A stretch of 64,000 bases of DNA from a virus. Under the pieces are notes generated by a model. The model did no database searches. It saw only the letters and a program-made list of their open reading frames with translations, and was not told the origin of the DNA. The stretch lies in the IMG/VR virus record IMGVR_UViG_3300043436_002834, positions 1-64,000 of that record; one strand, written 5' to 3'. Below, one piece after another: positions 1 through 8,350 of this stretch; position 1 is the first letter of the stretch, and each line of letters starts with the position of its first letter. A program made the position numbers and the translations under genes.

Positions 1-147
1 TATCTGTGTTCTTGTTTGCCGAGGCTTAACATCTTGTTTCATAGCACAGGATTGACATAGCTTATAACGGATGCCATCAACAGTTACATTCTTGTAAATG
101 TATTTCTCTTGATGACACCCATTACATTCTTTCTTTTTTAAGATCAT
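1..147 (-). CDS. Partial CxxC...CxxC zinc-finger protein (runs off window)
   Basis: Read by eye: MILKKKECNGCHQEKY...LCQSCAMK; ATGA overlap with stop of 144..602. Confidence 0.6.
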   Translation of the reverse strand, partial: MILKKKECNGCHQEKYIYKNVTVDGIRYKLCQSCAMKQDVKPRQTRTQI

Positions 148-602
148 ATTGTTGCAAAATTCTGAGGCAAAATATTTTCTTGAATCAATTTGTTAATGAT
201 CATTACTTTATTAATGCCTAATTCCTTAAAGGTAAGAGTATTAATGTAATTCTTATTAACCGAGTTGTCACTTGTTAGTTCTTTAATCAATTTAGATTTA
301 GGAAATAAACTTGATAAGATGTTATTAGTGATCTTATTAGTTAACTCCTGCTTCCAAAGATTAAGTGTTGTTTGTGCAAGTTTGTGACGCTTCATGATCT
401 TTGCTTTCTTAGAGCTATTCATGGCATATAATTCTTGCGGTGTGTACATATCTAACCCAACCATAGCATGTTTAAATAACTTTTGTTGAGTAGGTGTAAG
501 TCTTGTGTAGTCTGTAAAAGACTGTTGTGGAAACTGTTTCATTTCCATCTGGCCGGAATACATCAATTCCTGTAAGCCATCAAAGCTAGTAACTGTTTGC
601 AT
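144..602 (-). CDS. Hypothetical early/middle phage protein
   Basis: 152-aa ORF in tightly packed minus-strand operon. Confidence 0.7.
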   Translation of the reverse strand: MQTVTSFDGLQELMYSGQMEMKQFPQQSFTDYTRLTPTQQKLFKHAMVGLDMYTPQELYAMNSSKKAKIMKRHKLAQTTLNLWKQELTNKITNNILSSLFPKSKLIKELTSDNSVNKNYINTLTFKELGINKVMIINKLIQENILPQNFATI

Positions 603-623
603 AATAAAATTTGTTAGGGGAAT

Positions 624-854
624 TTAATCTAAATCATCACTGATATCAAGATCATCAGCAATTTCATCAAGAGGTACATCATCTATGATGTATATGTCAT
701 CTTGATCTTCATTGATAGCAAAAGGATTGCCATCATCATAACTACATCCGATGTTATTTGACTCATTTAAATAGCGCAGGTCATCATCTGACATTCTAAG
801 GAATGCTTCAACACTAATGTTGATTGTCTTGCCATTGGGGAGTTGATATAACAT
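624..854 (-). CDS. Small acidic protein with Asp-rich C-terminus
   Basis: MLYQLPNGKTI... with very acidic tail. Confidence 0.7.
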   Translation of the reverse strand: MLYQLPNGKTINISVEAFLRMSDDDLRYLNESNNIGCSYDDGNPFAINEDQDDIYIIDDVPLDEIADDLDISDDLD

Positions 855-862
855 CTATATAA

Positions 863-1267
863 TTACATAATTAATTCTGGGTTTTGTTCAGGAATGTAAC
901 CGGTATAGATATCTACCACTTCAAGTTTATTTTTTTCAGTGTAAATTTCAATTCCAACATATCCTGTCACAGGATTAATATAGCTAACTAGAACACGAAT
1001 ATACAAATCATTTACAATTAAGCTGTTAGATTCATAATATTTTTTATTTAATTTAGGATAACAACTTACATCGTGTTTGATGTAAATCATATCTCCTTCT
1101 TTAAAATTCTTGTCCTCATTAGTAATTTTCTTGCCATTTAAAAAGTCTACTATTGTATCTTGATTACCAATTGTTTCTAATAAATACTGCAATAACTTTT
1201 TTTGTTTACTCTTATCTGAGTTAATGAATTTGGTATACATTAAGTCAGCTATGTTTTCTCTGGTCAT
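863..1267 (-). CDS. Hypothetical protein
   Basis: 134-aa ORF, operon packing. Confidence 0.7.
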   Translation of the reverse strand: MTRENIADLMYTKFINSDKSKQKKLLQYLLETIGNQDTIVDFLNGKKITNEDKNFKEGDMIYIKHDVSCYPKLNKKYYESNSLIVNDLYIRVLVSYINPVTGYVGIEIYTEKNKLEVVDIYTGYIPEQNPELIM

Positions 1268-1416
1268 GCTTCAGCAATTGCTTGTACATATAAGATGTCT
1301 TGATCACCATGTTTTTTGGTGAATTCTCTAAGAGCTTCCATGTAAGTCTTAGCCTTTACATTAACTCCAGTACAAAGTTTTTCGCATAAAGCAAAACAGA
1401 TGTGGTAAGTTTTCAT
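1264..1416 (-). CDS. Small hypothetical protein (50 aa, not in ORF track)
   Basis: MKTYHICFALCEKLCTG...QAIAEA*; ATGA overlap with next gene, A-rich leader. Confidence 0.6.
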   Translation of the reverse strand: MKTYHICFALCEKLCTGVNVKAKTYMEALREFTKKHGDQDILYVQAIAEA

Positions 1417-1440
1417 ACTTTAAAAATTAGTTTTGACAAT

Positions 1441-1478
1441 AAAAATAAAGGGTAGGAAATGTCACTAACCTACCCTTT
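1441..1478 (-). terminator. Rho-independent terminator-like hairpin
   Basis: aaagggtagg/cctacccttt stem with T-rich tail on minus strand. Confidence 0.55.
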
Positions 1479-1579
1479 GTACAACCAGTGCAAGTCTATC
1501 CCTGCTGTCTTAGCATCTTTAGAATAAAGAACCACCGCGAGTCAGACTACAACGGTGGTTCATTTATTCCCCCTAATGT

Positions 1580-2185
1580 TTATGACTTGCTATAAATTGT
1601 TTCTCCATTACTGAATGAAGCCTCAACTTTAAGCGGCATTGAATGCTCTTTAAAGATATTCTCAATGATTTCAATCAGCTCATCTGTTGCTTTAGTAGCC
1701 CATTTCTCTGCTGATTTAGTTTGTATTTTGATCATACCTGGATTCATCTCAGAATAGTGTGTAACACAATCGTAGAAATTAATTTCTTCAAGAGTATCTC
1801 CATCTAATTCATAAGTCATAAACCAATCAAGAACACCGCCTTCATAATATCCCCAGCGTATTACACAATTAATGTTTACTGTAAGATCAATATCACCGAA
1901 AGACTTTCTTCTATAAAATTGAAATAATGATCTAGCAGGATATGATCTTAATTCATAAGGATCTTCTGATGTTGTTTGATTATAAAAGACTTTTAATTGA
2001 TCTGATTTTTCTTTAGCATCTTCTTGGATGCAATAAACAAAATCATTTGTGTCTTCAACATCTGGTACATGATATTCTAATTCTGGTGATTCGCTGCCAT
2101 CTTCAAGAATAACAGGAGACTCAAAATGCATCAGTACGGCATAATACTGACTAGCATTTACTTTGTGAAAGTTACTTGCGCCCAT
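1580..2185 (-). CDS. Hypothetical acidic early protein
   Basis: 201-aa ORF. Confidence 0.7.
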   Translation of the reverse strand: MGASNFHKVNASQYYAVLMHFESPVILEDGSESPELEYHVPDVEDTNDFVYCIQEDAKEKSDQLKVFYNQTTSEDPYELRSYPARSLFQFYRRKSFGDIDLTVNINCVIRWGYYEGGVLDWFMTYELDGDTLEEINFYDCVTHYSEMNPGMIKIQTKSAEKWATKATDELIEIIENIFKEHSMPLKVEASFSNGETIYSKS

Positions 2186-2186
2186 G

Positions 2187-2381
2187 TTAATAATTTTTTA
2201 GGGTTGGTAATAATTTAATTCTTTGTTCAAGCTCTAAGCGGAGCTCGGTACCACTTTTGTGGTAAAATTTGCGGGTTAGTTTTCTTAATATACCTTGTTC
2301 AGGCATTACATTTTCACGTCCAGGTAGACAACAGACTAGTGGATATGGTTCTACTACAACTGATTTTCTTTTTCTTTCCAT
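2187..2381 (-). CDS. Small hypothetical protein
   Basis: Fills gap between neighbours; start uncertain. Confidence 0.4.
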   Translation of the reverse strand: MERKRKSVVVEPYPLVCCLPGRENVMPEQGILRKLTRKFYHKSGTELRLELEQRIKLLPTLKNY

Positions 2382-2719
2382 AGTTTTATAGTTTCCTCTT
2401 GTTTGTATAACTCATCATAATGAATTAAGATTTCAGCAAGATATTCTTTGCCTCCGTATAAGTCTATCAGATCTTCAAGAATATACGGGCACATAGCAAA
2501 AAGCTGGTTTATAGTATACTCATGACTATTGTTAAGCTTAATATTTAGATGAGGTGCATGTCGGTGTATAAGAAAAGCCAGTTCTTCATTTTCTGTAATG
2601 GTCATATCACAGCCGTCTAATTGAAAAGACATTCCTTTCTCTACTGCTTCTGCAATTGGAATACTAAGTACTTGGATCTGGTCATCTTTATCACGACCTA
2701 AGTATCTGATTTTACGCAT
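2354..2719 (-). CDS. Hypothetical protein
   Basis: 121-aa ORF with ATG and A-rich leader. Confidence 0.65.
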   Translation of the reverse strand: MRKIRYLGRDKDDQIQVLSIPIAEAVEKGMSFQLDGCDMTITENEELAFLIHRHAPHLNIKLNNSHEYTINQLFAMCPYILEDLIDLYGGKEYLAEILIHYDELYKQEETIKLWKEKENQL

Positions 2720-2803
2720 GGTTTTAGATTTTGAGTAGTGCCGTTGAAGTTATCTCTAGCACTAACCCTGTGTGAATAATAAATTGAATGATTGTGTTGA
2801 CAG

Positions 2804-3493
2804 TTAGACTGCTGATGATAGTAACTGAATGTGCTTATCCGGAGGAGGATTGCTGTGAAATAGATTGAGAAAGTTTGGATACAATCTGATGTGACATCTC
2901 TTGCCGTCAATGATTTCTCTCTCTACATTATTCATTGCAAACCTTACACGCTTTTCTGTGAGTACTTCATCTTTGTATGAATACATACCTATTAAGGCTA
3001 TGTTGTTCTCATGCTGTATGTAGTAACCCCAAGCAAAAGCTTTGTATGATGTTCCGTGTATGGATCTGTAGGAACTCTCAAGGTCTTCTGGATCCGCCTT
3101 AAATGTAGGCGAGAAATAAAACTTAACCGTGTTACCTACACCTGATAGAACAATGTACAACTTGAGTGATGTATTCTTACCCATGCGATTGACACCAGGC
3201 TCTCTATATTTTTCATCATAGACTTCCTTGCTTTCTTTACGCATGACTATAGCATCTTTATGAGCTTCATCAGCCTTCATATATTTAATAATGGAATGCT
3301 TATCTCTATATGCTATATCATTAGCAATGCGCATCCATGTATTAAACAATTTCTTGGGATAGTATGTACCGTTGTCTAAGTATGTATACTTAGTAGTAAT
3401 TTGAGTAACTGTTCTAATCCCTGTTTCTATTACAAATCTGTCACCTATTGATGCTTTGTTTTTACTAAGCGATTGAAGAGTTTCAAATTTCAT
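2804..3493 (-). CDS. Hypothetical protein
   Basis: 229-aa ORF coupled (ATGA) to thyX. Confidence 0.7.
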   Translation of the reverse strand: MKFETLQSLSKNKASIGDRFVIETGIRTVTQITTKYTYLDNGTYYPKKLFNTWMRIANDIAYRDKHSIIKYMKADEAHKDAIVMRKESKEVYDEKYREPGVNRMGKNTSLKLYIVLSGVGNTVKFYFSPTFKADPEDLESSYRSIHGTSYKAFAWGYYIQHENNIALIGMYSYKDEVLTEKRVRFAMNNVEREIIDGKRCHIRLYPNFLNLFHSNPPPDKHIQLLSSAV

Positions 3494-4110
3494 AAGTTAA
3501 ATGCTTCTAAAGTATCATTGAATGGATTCCCTTCAATGTTCTTGACAAGGTCAAGCATCTGTTGGGCTAACTCACGTACTTCTACTTGTGCATGCTCACT
3601 ATTGCGTAGCTGTTGGAAATGATAAAAGCTGCGCCAGTTAAACATAACATCCATAGTAATCTGTGAGTTCATTAGCTTAAAGAATCTAGCTGTTTCTTTA
3701 GCTCTCTTGCGACCTAACTTAGGTGTAAGTTTCTCAAGAGCCTCATGATACCAATGATTAGATTCCTTAGTGAACCATTCAAGATGTTCAAGCCAATCTG
3801 TTGGCCAATCCTGTGGTATGTAAGCCTTATCTTCTTTCAACTCTTTGTAGCGGGCAGACTCACCGTTGATACTCACACCGATCCGGTGCTTTAGAAGATG
3901 AATGTGTGTTGCCTGATCTACTGTTACAAGAAAGTGTAAAGAAGATTTCTCAAATGGTGTGTGATGTCCCTCACTTGCTAACATCTTTAGCAATGCAGGT
4001 ATACGTTCAAATTTATCAGGAGATAAATCCCTTGATGTACTAGTCCATGCTGACAATGCATGAATGATATCTGATCCGTAGTATCCAATAAGTTCTGCTT
4101 TATTCTTCAT
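3490..4110 (-). CDS. thyX: FAD-dependent thymidylate synthase
   Basis: GHHTPFE, KHR...SARY ThyX signature, NWRS...LR...HAQxEVR C-terminal motif. Confidence 0.93.
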   Translation of the reverse strand: MKNKAELIGYYGSDIIHALSAWTSTSRDLSPDKFERIPALLKMLASEGHHTPFEKSSLHFLVTVDQATHIHLLKHRIGVSINGESARYKELKEDKAYIPQDWPTDWLEHLEWFTKESNHWYHEALEKLTPKLGRKRAKETARFFKLMNSQITMDVMFNWRSFYHFQQLRNSEHAQVEVRELAQQMLDLVKNIEGNPFNDTLEAFNL

Positions 4111-4337
4111 ATTAATCTTAATAAGTGTGCTTTTGCTATGCCCGAATCTTCTGGTTCACTGGCTAATCCAAGTGAAATAGATTCACCGTAACAATGACAA
4201 TCTAATTCACCATCTTTATTTGTGTAGAACTTAATGAAGCCTGCACTTACAGGACTTCGATGCATAAAGGTGCTGTGTAGTATTGATTCACTGAACACAA
4301 TCATTTCACCATCTTTTGTTTTGATATACTTAGCCAT
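4107..4337 (-). CDS. Conserved small phage protein
   Basis: SAGF...CYGESISLGL motif recurrent in phage proteins. Confidence 0.7.
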   Translation of the reverse strand: MAKYIKTKDGEMIVFSESILHSTFMHRSPVSAGFIKFYTNKDGELDCHCYGESISLGLASEPEDSGIAKAHLLRLI

Positions 4338-4339
4338 GA

Positions 4340-4537
4340 TTACTTGTCTTCAAGATTCATGTATCCGATAAAAATACCCAGACCTGTAAAGGCACCTGTT
4401 GTATAGATGATTTCAGCCTTACCGATTGGATCCCAATTACAGGTAATAGCTTTGTAAATGCAGCGTACTTCTCCGAAGATAACTGCAGCAACTAGTAGTA
4501 CAGTTAAGACTACTCCTAATGATTCACTTTTTTTCAT
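4340..4537 (-). CDS. Small two-TM membrane protein
   Basis: Two hydrophobic segments. Confidence 0.65.
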   Translation of the reverse strand: MKKSESLGVVLTVLLVAAVIFGEVRCIYKAITCNWDPIGKAEIIYTTGAFTGLGIFIGYMNLEDK

Positions 4538-4538
4538 G

Positions 4539-4721
4539 TTACTTGGTATTATATAGGTGATTTAAATATTTTAATTGATTGCCTTTCTTGGTAACAGACC
4601 AATCAGGTACGCTTTTAAAGCTGTAATGTTTTACAACTTTCTTTTTAACAGGGTCTTTATGTTTAGCCATGACTATAACCGTAAGCCCTAAGATAATAGA
4701 TATTAATTTAATCTTCCGCAT
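4539..4721 (-). CDS. Small membrane-anchored basic protein
   Basis: N-terminal hydrophobic segment. Confidence 0.55.
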   Translation of the reverse strand: MRKIKLISIILGLTVIVMAKHKDPVKKKVVKHYSFKSVPDWSVTKKGNQLKYLNHLYNTK

Positions 4722-4748
4722 ACTATAGTTATTTTAATAAATAAATAG

Positions 4749-4854
4749 AACTCTCACAAGGTTGCAACCCTTGACATCTTTACCATATTCTAATGAGTTA
4801 GCCTAATGGGACTCTGTAGCGGAAAGAACTATAGTACCTGCTTGGATGAGAGTT
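4749..4854 (-). ncRNA. Putative tRNA-like structured RNA (acceptor stem plus T-arm-like hairpin)
   Basis: Terminal 8-bp stem AACTCTCA/TGAGAGTT directly stacked on CAAGG-GTTGCAA-CCTTG hairpin; internal hairpins; no ORF. Confidence 0.45.
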
Positions 4855-5010
4855 AAATGACTGTAAGAGCACGTTGTTCTTTGCTTCTCTTTGATATTCA
4901 CCGCGGTTAGTCAGACCGGATAGAGCGTTTCCCTATCAGAAGTTCCATGTAGGTAATCAGCCTACTTCTCATCATATTGGACATACTATTCAGTGATGAA
5001 CTGAAACGTG

Positions 5011-5095
5011 TAACCCTAGTCAGATTCGAACTGACACTAGCCCTGGCATACACCATATTAAATTAGGACCGTGTTACCAATTACACCATAGGGTT
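5011..5095 (-). tRNA. tRNA-like gene with 20-nt anticodon loop (isotype undetermined)
   Basis: AACCCTA/TAGGGTT acceptor, GTGT-AATTGGTA-ACAC D arm, GTCCT/AGGGC anticodon stem, GTCAG-TTCGAAT-CTGAC T arm; no encoded CCA. Confidence 0.75.
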
Positions 5096-5409
5096 AAAAG
5101 GAGAGGTTTCTTTCGGTACTCTCCCATTCTACCTGCTGACTAAGCGTTAGGTTGGCTCTCACATCTCAAAGTCATTAAGAGAACGGCACATATTCAGTTT
5201 GCATAATAAACGGGTAACTCACATCCCTAGGTTGGGCGACACTAAGAGTCATGATCGTGTCTTGTTAAATAAATGAGGACTTTCCTCTAATAAAACTGTG
5301 TGTGTAGGTGGCCGTTTTCAACTCCTAATTGACACACAGTTTTTAAAATAGAAATGGAGGAGCATATAATGCATCATCTCCTCCAGTATACTGAGCCTAG
5401 ATGCTTAGA

Positions 5410-5592
5410 CTATTCAGTTGGATAATCAGGTTGATCCCGTGGATCTTCCAGCTTTTGCATGAATATGTTAGCATTAACACAATCCCTGTTACGGAATACT
5501 GCTACATGTAACATGTTCTCTGCTTGATCTACTGTTAGGTCTGAATGTATTTGTACATGACCTCTGCCGAAGTGTAAGATAACTGTCCACAT
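5410..5592 (-). CDS. Small hypothetical protein
   Basis: 60-aa ORF, operon packing. Confidence 0.6.
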   Translation of the reverse strand: MWTVILHFGRGHVQIHSDLTVDQAENMLHVAVFRNRDCVNANIFMQKLEDPRDQPDYPTE

Positions 5593-5594
5593 AG

Positions 5595-5849
5595 TTAGAT
5601 TCTTTCTGTGTATGTGTTATCCTCGTCTGCTATGGCTGTACTCCTAGATTTGCTTGGTCCTACAGCTGTTCTTTGTGCATCTACTATAGAAGAGAATACA
5701 ATAGAGAGTATAAAGAGTGATTCAAAGAATAGAGTGGTTGAAGACCATTCTGTGAAATCAATCCATTTGTTGTAGTAGATCCCGTATAGGAGCTGTTGAG
5801 CTGCTAATGCTAAGGTTAGCCTTGTTGTTATGGCGCTAAGTGTTTTCAT
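5595..5849 (-). CDS. Small membrane protein
   Basis: Two hydrophobic segments. Confidence 0.6.
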   Translation of the reverse strand: MKTLSAITTRLTLALAAQQLLYGIYYNKWIDFTEWSSTTLFFESLFILSIVFSSIVDAQRTAVGPSKSRSTAIADEDNTYTERI

Positions 5850-6080
5850 AGATATAACTATATAATGGGAACTTAAACCCGATTTAACTGATTGGTTGAA
5901 ATTGATTAATTGTTGGACCGTTGATTCTTATTACACACAAAGAACCCCATAATACCGTTAAATAACCCTAATGAGAGTTTATTAATGCAATTAAGATGCC
6001 TATATACATAGTAAATTGCATCACAGAATTAACATTAGGGCTAAGTAACTGTATTTAAAGGCCTTATAGAGCCCTTATAA

Positions 6081-6278
6081 TCAAAAGTCAACACCTTGAG
6101 TGTAACCACAGGCTGCAAGGAAAGGAGCTTCAGTTGTTACAATACAATATGTGGTTTCCCACACGACTGTGAACTGGACTCTCTTCTCTAAAGCTAGTAG
6201 GCGGAAATCATAGTATTCTCTTGCAGACATTTTGCATTCTACCATGAAGGTTTTTGTGTAATCTACTGATTGTGACAT
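6081..6278 (-). CDS. Small hypothetical protein
   Basis: Likely start MSQSVDY (ATG 6278) after A-rich leader. Confidence 0.55.
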   Translation of the reverse strand: MSQSVDYTKTFMVECKMSAREYYDFRLLALEKRVQFTVVWETTYCIVTTEAPFLAACGYTQGVDF

Positions 6279-6361
6279 TTTTGTGAGTATTTGTGATAGT
6301 AAATGAATTACTCCACACACGCTCTCTCTGATGATAGTAACTGCTAGGGGAAGCCCCTACC

Positions 6362-6583
6362 ATGGGACGGTAACTAAAACATGTAGCACCGCAATGCATA
6401 CTATGGGACTGTAACTATGCGGGAGTTTGAACCGAAGAGGTTCAACCCACGGAGTGTCAGGGATTTAGCCCAGGCGGCTTAAACCGAAGGTTTGAATGAG
6501 CCGACACATAGCACCACAATGGGCCTGTTACTTAAACACCTTGGGACTGTTACTAAAACACGATGGGACCTCATTTCTTAACA
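6362..6583. repeat. Five imperfect ~20-bp direct repeats (WTGGGACTGTWACTAAAACA), three at 22-bp period
   Basis: Copies start at 6362, 6403, 6519, 6541, 6563. Confidence 0.75.
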
Positions 6584-6628
6584 CCTTGATTTTCAGGGTG
6601 TGAGTCTACTTGGTCCACGCGGTGGAGA

Positions 6629-6666
6629 CAAACAAAACCTATGCCACACCGAAGTGTAGCACAGGT
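6629..6666 (-). terminator. C(UUCG)G-capped terminator
   Basis: Minus strand acctgtgctacaCTTCGGtgtggcataggt plus T-rich tail directly after 6677 stop. Confidence 0.7.
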
Positions 6667-6676
6667 CTGAGGACTA

Positions 6677-7339
6677 TTAGCCGAGCTTAGCTTTCATGCG
6701 CTCTGCAATATCAGTAGCAAGATTAGCATTCATCACTTGTCTAATCTTACGAGTAGTAGTGCCGAGCTCATCTGCAATTTCCATGGTAGCAACAGTTCTC
6801 TTCATACGCATCTCTTCTTTCTGAAGAAGGCGCACAGCAAAGATATCATTGCAAGACTTGGAAAGAGTACCGCGATAACGGTTGTCTGCATTGTTATTGG
6901 CAACAAGCAAATCTCCTGTGAGTGTCTTGAAAGTTTCAGGACCCTCGTAGTTGAAGTGCATCACAGTACCAATAGCAATAGGACTTTCCTTGTGAATCTT
7001 ATATAAATCCACATCATTAGCTACCAACACAATTTTATCATTGTGCTTGAAGCGGAAAGTGAGACCATTTGTTTCAACCAATTCAAGACCGATGGTATAA
7101 TATGGTTCCCCTTTAGCAGTAACGCGGGCAACAACATTAGTAACATCTTCTACAGTTTCAGTTGAAACAACTTGAGGTACATCAGCTAAAGGTGCATTAT
7201 TATAATACATCTCAAGCTCTGCATCTGTGAGGTTCTTCACATCAGCATTTTTACCCTCGTAACCATTATCAGCACGGTTAGCCCAAATGTGTTTAACTAC
7301 TTGGGACTTTGTCAAAGTTGTGAATGGAATAGTATTCAT
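6677..7339 (-). CDS. Early protein of unknown function (own promoter and terminator)
   Basis: Likely ATG at 7339 (MNTIPF...); flanked by promoter module and terminator. Confidence 0.7.
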   Translation of the reverse strand: MNTIPFTTLTKSQVVKHIWANRADNGYEGKNADVKNLTDAELEMYYNNAPLADVPQVVSTETVEDVTNVVARVTAKGEPYYTIGLELVETNGLTFRFKHNDKIVLVANDVDLYKIHKESPIAIGTVMHFNYEGPETFKTLTGDLLVANNNADNRYRGTLSKSCNDIFAVRLLQKEEMRMKRTVATMEIADELGTTTRKIRQVMNANLATDIAERMKAKLG

Positions 7340-7472
7340 AACTGTTTTGGCGGTATTTATTAGTGTTGCCTGCACTTTAAGAAATAGATTGTGGGACACT
7401 TATCTGTAGGTAGTCCCGTATAACACCTGCCTATTAATATGCAACGCTTTGACAGCGCGAAAGCGAAAAAAT

Positions 7473-7515
7473 AAGGCTTGCCGTTTAAATTTATGTATAA
7501 GGCTGAGTGTTCTGT
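7473..7515 (-). promoter_or_regulatory. Early hairpin promoter/leader module, copy A
   Basis: Aligns with copies at 8199 and 9170. Confidence 0.55.
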
Positions 7516-7624
7516 TAAGAGAGAAAGATAGAAAGAGCGCGCGCAGCGCACAGATTGAGTGAATGATTGGGTGTGTGGTGTTATGTATGAGGCGGGTGTG
7601 CTGTTGTGTGGTTGGAGTGATAGT

Positions 7625-7656
7625 AAAAAACCAAAGGTATCCCCGAAGGGACACCT
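7625..7656 (-). terminator. C(UUCG)G-capped terminator
   Basis: aggtgtccCTTCGGggatacct plus T-tract after 7658 stop. Confidence 0.75.
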
Positions 7657-7657
7657 G

Positions 7658-7834
7658 TTAGTTCCAATCTTGAAGACCTGATGTATCATCGTGCCAATAG
7701 CTTGGTACATCAGTATCTTCTTCTTCCAATGATGCTGGCATTTTCCAATTATCAGTGGTTGATGGCGTAGCTTTAAACTCTTGACAGATTTCTTCTTGCC
7801 AAAGGTCCATTTCTAAATTAATGTTGACTCTCAT
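7658..7834 (-). CDS. Small acidic early protein
   Basis: Likely ATG 7834 (MRVNINLEM...); Asp/Glu-rich. Confidence 0.55.
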   Translation of the reverse strand: MRVNINLEMDLWQEEICQEFKATPSTTDNWKMPASLEEEDTDVPSYWHDDTSGLQDWN

Positions 7835-7838
7835 GGTA

Positions 7839-8174
7839 TTAACTGTTGAGGTGGTCAATTAACCTTTGTGTTACGGCTCTGTGTACCATTGCATGAACAG
7901 GTTGTTCCACATTGTTGTTAATCATTACAAGAAACTCAAATTTCATTGAACCATCAGTAAGATGTGTTTGCTTGAATGTAGATACAGCAACATTTATGTT
8001 GAACTTTTTTCCTAATTCTTGTTCAACATAATCCAGTGGTCCATTGTTGTATTCCTCATACCTTTCTAAGTTACACATTAACTTATACATGTCAGAGGCA
8101 GTTGTTACTTTTGTAGCAAGGTTTAGAAGTCTTGATGTATCTGACTTACTTACATTTGTTGTAATAAAATTCAT
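7839..8174 (-). CDS. Early hypothetical protein
   Basis: 111-aa ORF immediately downstream of module copy B. Confidence 0.7.
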   Translation of the reverse strand: MNFITTNVSKSDTSRLLNLATKVTTASDMYKLMCNLERYEEYNNGPLDYVEQELGKKFNINVAVSTFKQTHLTDGSMKFEFLVMINNNVEQPVHAMVHRAVTQRLIDHLNS

Positions 8175-8198
8175 AATTAAGGGGTTTAGTGAATAAAA

Positions 8199-8243
8199 AA
8201 ATGACTTGTCATTTGCATTTATGTTTTAAGAAGGGTGTGCTGT
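8199..8243 (-). promoter_or_regulatory. Early hairpin promoter/leader module, copy B
   Basis: AAATGAC-AA-GTCATTT palindrome plus conserved upstream block, 25 nt before ATG. Confidence 0.6.
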
Positions 8244-8350
8244 GTCATTGAAAGAAAGATAGATAAAAGTGAACGCAGTGAACACATTAAGATTGAATGA
8301 TTGAAGCATAGTCTGAGCGGTTGAGCGAAGGCTTGCTGAGAGTGATAGTA

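Noticed and set aside
4749-4854. SAM-I riboswitch (minus strand begins CTCTCATCCAAG)
   Set aside because: Lacks the GAGGGA kink-turn/P2, GCAACC-in-P3 arrangement and AGAT P1 closure; resemblance is superficial
4930-4980. Box C/D-like TGATGA...CTGA on the minus strand
   Set aside because: Flanking pairing is poor for a canonical kink-turn, and such short motifs arise by chance
6328-6360. Hammerhead ribozyme core (CTGATGA here and at 2812)
   Set aside because: No stem II followed by GAAA, and it lies on the non-coding strand of this region
6362-6583. CRISPR mini-array
   Set aside because: Repeats are degenerate and nearly abutting or irregularly spaced, with no uniform spacers and no cas genes
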